64,000 bases of DNA, taken from NCBI GenBank assembly GCA_051294375.1, contig CM119264.1, positions 8,616,764 through 8,680,763 of the forward strand. Direction: 5' to 3'. Position 1 is the first letter of the stretch, and the number at the start of each line of letters is the position of its first letter. Under the pieces are notes generated by a model. The model was not told where the DNA came from, did no database searches, and saw only the letters and a list, made by a program, of their open reading frames with translations. Shown in pieces: positions 59,111-64,000 of the stretch. The DNA comes from Paraspadella gotoi. Lineage: Eukaryota > Animalia > Chaetognatha. Position numbers and translations under genes: made by a program.

Positions 59111-62100
59111 TTATATGAGGTAAAATTGAGGCGAAGAAAAAAAAAGTAAGGTAGGAAAAGGAAAAGAAAAGAGTAAAGAAACAGAAACAAATGAAAAAAA
59201 AAGAAAAAAAAATAAGTTAAAAGGAATAAATTACGAGACAAGAAAAGTAAAGGAAAAGAGAAAATCCGCTTAACAGTCGAGAATTTTGTTTGGCTGACGA
59301 ACCGCGCTGCAGCTGCTGCCGCGGTCGCATATCTGATTTTTGATGCTTTAACTCTGGTACTAATTTTTTTGTTCTTACTCTTGTACTGACTGAATCGGTT
59401 CACCTGAATTACTGAATTTTGTTTTGCTTATTCTTCTCTAATAGTATGTGTAATTCATACTTTTTATTACTAATCATACTTTGTGTCTTAATCTAGAATT
59501 AGTCTTCTATTATATTATTTCTAGCCAGAATGTTTGTTTTCCTTGTGTCACTCTTCTCTACTCAATTCTTGATTTTTCCTCCCTTCTGGGTGCCACGGTC
59601 TGAAAGGCTTAAATGGCCGATTCCAATTGATAAAAAACGAGATAAAGTAAAGATTGAAAAGTCTTCTTCTTACGGGACGCGAATGAATCTTTAGTTCTAT
59701 TTTAACGTCGACCTTGTTTTTGTACCGATTTCTTTAGACTTACTAGTTTTCTTGAGAGAGGAGAGAGAGAGAATTTTAAAAATCTAAATTAAATTTCGAA
59801 AATTAGTTTTTCACCAAAACATAAATTTTCTTTTTTTTTTGGCAATTACTGCTAGGATGTAAATTAACCATGACCTTCCGAGTAATATTTTACTTTCTAA
59901 ATATACGTACATTGTTATTTCATCGATACACTTTATCCTCGAATCCTGGGCAACAGTTGGCACGAATAGTAATCGAAAATTGAACGAGTCGCTCGTCACC
60001 GAACAAATTCCTCGATGGCAAGCGAGACTTCGAGAGATTCAGGGTGGCATCATCCTCGCTTCCATTGCAAAGGTCCAATTTCATTTCAATGATGAATGAT
60101 GAATTGATTATAGCCAGCCTGAATTGCTGAAAAATGGACTTTTTGCAACAGTTAGTCAGATGAACATTTAAGAATTCGGACTCCTTTGATATCAAGCTGA
60201 TATAACAGCAGCAATGTATAAATGATTAACTTTTGGTCGGTACATAAAAGATTTTATATTTGCATTAAAAATATTTTAACAAAATCTTAAAAATGCCGAA
60301 AACGATAAGCATTTGAGAGAGACACTTCAAAAATACCAATTTTCCATCACCCCATAAATTTTTTCAATGTTTCCGGTGACAGAGTCCTCAATAGGTTTTT
60401 ATCGTATTTTTAAATGTTTTGATTCGAATCAGTTTTTCCGGTCTTTGGGTCGATTCAAAAAAATCTTCTTCTCTTGAAAATGTTCTTCGACGAAGGACTT
60501 TCTTATCGCGGTTCTGAAATATATATTATTAATTGATTTTAGTTTGTTGTAAGGACATCGCATGTACAGGTTCTCTTCGAAGCCAGCATTGAACGAAATC
60601 ATTAATGATAAAATTTATTTGTAAATTTAATAATAAAATTAGGCGAAAAAAAGTGACTATTAGATATAAGTGCGTAAGTTTAACAGTTCCGACTAAAATA
60701 AAAAGAAAAACAGAACAACACTCACCAATATTTACGGATTTTAGGAGACGTCTTAGCTTTTCACACGACAGTTGCTTGATCCTCAGTTGCGGGTTGTTTT
60801 CCACCGCAAGTGAAAGCGTCATCATGAGGACGATCGCCAAAATCGGCAACTTCTTGGAAAGAAATCATTTCTGTGTATTTTCTCAGTCGCGAAGTGGTGT
60901 GTTTTCTAGCATAGGAGATTGTAGCTAAAAAGGTCGAGAGCATTACGAAAGTCGGAGGGATTCAGGGAAGTGTACCAGAACAGGTATATCCACGAAACGC
61001 GGTTTTCAATCAGGTTAAAAAGCAGGTTTAAAAGGAACCCCGCCAAAGACGCCAGCGCTATGTTCTTGAACTTGGCAAAAATCTTGTAACGGCGACAGAA
61101 AAATTGGCTCGCGCAACCTTGAACGGGGACGGCAAAATCGCTCCACGACCCCGCAGCAAAGCGTAAAAGCTCAAAGCTCACAAGGAAGCCAAAAATTATC
61201 CTGCGCGTAGTTATTCATCTCCCATGTTTGGTGCCACCACAGGAGAGAACTGCGGGCATTTCTGAATGCTTCTCCTAACAAAATGATAAATAATTCATAG
61301 GAATATCACTCCTTATTGATCCGATATCGGCGTCTAAATGATGACTGCCTCCAATCTATGGAGGCGTGTTGACTCGACTGGTCGGGTCCTCATCTCTCTC
61401 CCTCAGGTAGAATCTAACAACTCAGTCGTCCATTACTATTACATCGGTCTCGTGTGATTCAAACATTCGTCCTTACACTCTGTTAAGAAAAAAAAACATA
61501 TTCTGTCTAAATAACCGTCACTACACGGCTCGTAGGGTGGCCATTAGGCCTCTCACTCATGGTCCGCTCTCACAACTCTAGATGGAGTCTACATACTAGA
61601 GGCCGTTGATAGGATAAAAAAAAACGGGTTTGAGCACCCAAGCACCTTATTGTATGTATACATGATGACACTTGGGTCATAAAGCGCCGCCCTCGCCGAC
61701 TGTTAGGCGTGAATCCTCTTATCAGATCCGTGGGAGATCTCAGTGAGACTCTCAATGAAATACACCCAGTAATGATGGTCGCTATCCACCTCAGTCTACA
61801 GAAAAAGAAAACAAACACAAACATCATTCTTTAAACCATTCTTGCCCCCCCCCAAATTACATGAGGCCACCATTAAGTGAGAATTATATGTTCGATCCTC
61901 CCGAATCTGCTCATCTCGTGAGCAAGTGGCAATATTTTTTAAAGAGTGAGTCACAAAAATGTGAAAAAACTGTAAAAAAAAGTTATCATCATCTTTCGAT
62001 GAATTTATCAGTTTTTTTATATTCTTATTTAGAAAACGTAAAAGTTTTTAATTTATAATTGTAATGTGTATTTATATTTCTCATTTAACTTTTTATCTCG

Positions 62101-64000
62101 ATCAGAATCCTTCAAAAAACTTTAAGATTTAAAAAAATAATTTTTTTCTCTGTATAGTAATATCAATTTTTATTAGGCTAGTACCTTAATAAAAAAGCAT
62201 TTTTGACAAAAAAATATTTAATACCATAATCTATGCTCATGATAGAGTTATTTTAACGCGTATTCATCGGCTATGAGTCAATCTATACTGAGAAAAACGA
62301 GTAAAAATTCCGATTAACAGAACCCAGCTCTTAAATATCTAAATTTTAAAAAAAATGTCCGACTTTGAAGTGGCTTCCCTGTTTTGCGCTTCATTCAACC
62401 ATTTTTGACCATTTGCCATTTGATTGAATGCCTTTTTTTTTTAAATAAAAAAAGACACCGATACGAAACAGATTGTGCACTCTAACATCAATAAAAGATT
62501 CTTTAACAAAAGACACATTGTGTTATACTCAATTTACGTCTACTCTAACACGCTTTTGCAAAAATAAAAAAAACTCTTATCGTTAAGTGGCAAAGATTAA
62601 GCTTCCAATTTGGTCCTCGTTAAATAAAATTAACATTTGAATTCTGAATGTCTTTTCTGCGTCAAAACGTTTTAGCTTATGAGCTAACTAAAAAATTTAG
62701 AAATGACTGTTTATGACTTTTTTTATTTAGATATACGTCAAATGAAATAATATTATTAAGGTGAACTTGCCTCGCTTTTTAACTTAATAGCTTGTAAATT
62801 AGTTTTTGACTGTTTTGGTACAATATATGTTACTAAATACTTTGTTAATTTTTACATTTGGGTTTTTCTTTTTTATTTAAATAGAAGGTTCTATTAAACC
62901 GTAAACCTCACATATAATTTGTTAAATACAATATTAAAGAATACCTCTATATAATGCACATAATACTTTTTAGTAGATTTCGTTAAAAAATGTTTTAAGA
63001 ATCTTCTCAATAATATGATAACAAAAGTGTCTGTAATTATGTAGTGTCAATTACTATACCTTGCTTTATGACTACTGCTTATGTTATCAGTCTCAGCGTC
63101 ATAACCCTTCCATCGCGTTGACACGTTCGTCATCCTTCTCTCTGTCCAACTTGTTTTTGCTCACCAAATTTCTACCAGGTATACTATGAATCCTTGTACT
63201 GCCCTTTGTTTTCAACGCAGTTCCTCCGTCTATTTGTGTTTTTTGCGCTGTCTCTTCTCTTTCCTCCCTTCCGTGTGTGAAGTTTTAATTAACGTTTCTT
63301 CGTGACTCAGATAACCCGGCGAGATATCCCTGCTGCCGCCCAGCTGATCTCTCACTTCGCATGCAAAAAAAAAAACTAAAAAGAAAAAAGAGAAGAAAAA
63401 AAACCCCAAAAAATCCTTTTTTAAATCGAATTTCTCTAATTCTCTTATGCCCCAAAACATTTCAGACTTTCTTTTTTGTCAGGATGATTAAGGTTTCCTT
63501 GATAGTTATTTTCTTTATATTTATATTCTGGAGGCCTTAAACTTTGAAAAATATTGCTTCTAAAAACAAACGCCAAATTTGTATATATTCAATTATATAG
63601 AACAATGATTGAGTAGAAATCTACACAGTGAACTTAAGTTGGATGTTTTATTAGACGAACATATCAGATGTTTGTAAAGCTTTGAACTATTTTCGTAAAA
63701 AACATTTAAAGTCATGAGCTAGATAACAAACTAAAAAAAAAAATCGAGAATCAGCATCGAAATGACAATTAAGGTTACACATGCTATACAAATAAATATT
63801 GGTTTTTACTTTTTTTTTCGATCGAGAACAGAATTCATTGTTGTCATTTAGTTTTTTTATGCCGTTCATTAAAAACATAGATAGTATATTTTCCCTTTTT
63901 TATTATAAATTAATACTTTTTTCTTTAAGAATAAAAAATAATTTTCAACTGACAATCATTAATTACCCATTTTAACTTTAATTTAAATGTTTTTTTGCTG

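Noticed and set aside
59920-60849. Possible small secreted-protein gene on the minus strand
   Set aside because: There is a signal-like stretch and a donor near 60724, but I could not build a phase-consistent model or recognise a domain.

Overview
This is a eukaryotic window from an invertebrate animal. It is AT-rich, has many short GT-AG introns and (AG)n/(GAC)n microsatellites, and is a gapped draft with probable homopolymer indel errors. I spliced exons by hand and checked phase at each junction. Genes recovered: an ankyrin-repeat protein with a signal-like N-terminus; a half adenylate kinase; a PYG-repeat (FAM166/CIMIP2-like) protein; a small Cys-rich orphan; a 24-exon gene fusing a divergent phosphofructokinase-1 regulatory half to a catalytically dead cofactor-dependent phosphoglycerate-mutase domain (main finding); a DEG/ENaC channel with ~340 aa in place of the usual short knuckle region; an intronless permuted-papain-like peptidase plus SF1/Schlafen-like helicase ORF split by a 1-nt shift; a secreted LCCL-vWA protein; and an MGNC-start acidic protein. 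Mobile DNA: a 3.8-kb non-autonomous hAT element with TIRs and an 8-bp TSD that carries nested inverted repeats and a Penelope-type hammerhead-like motif, two tRNA-derived SINE copies, and HINE/DINE-like elements. All family assignments come from motif recognition by eye; no searches were run.
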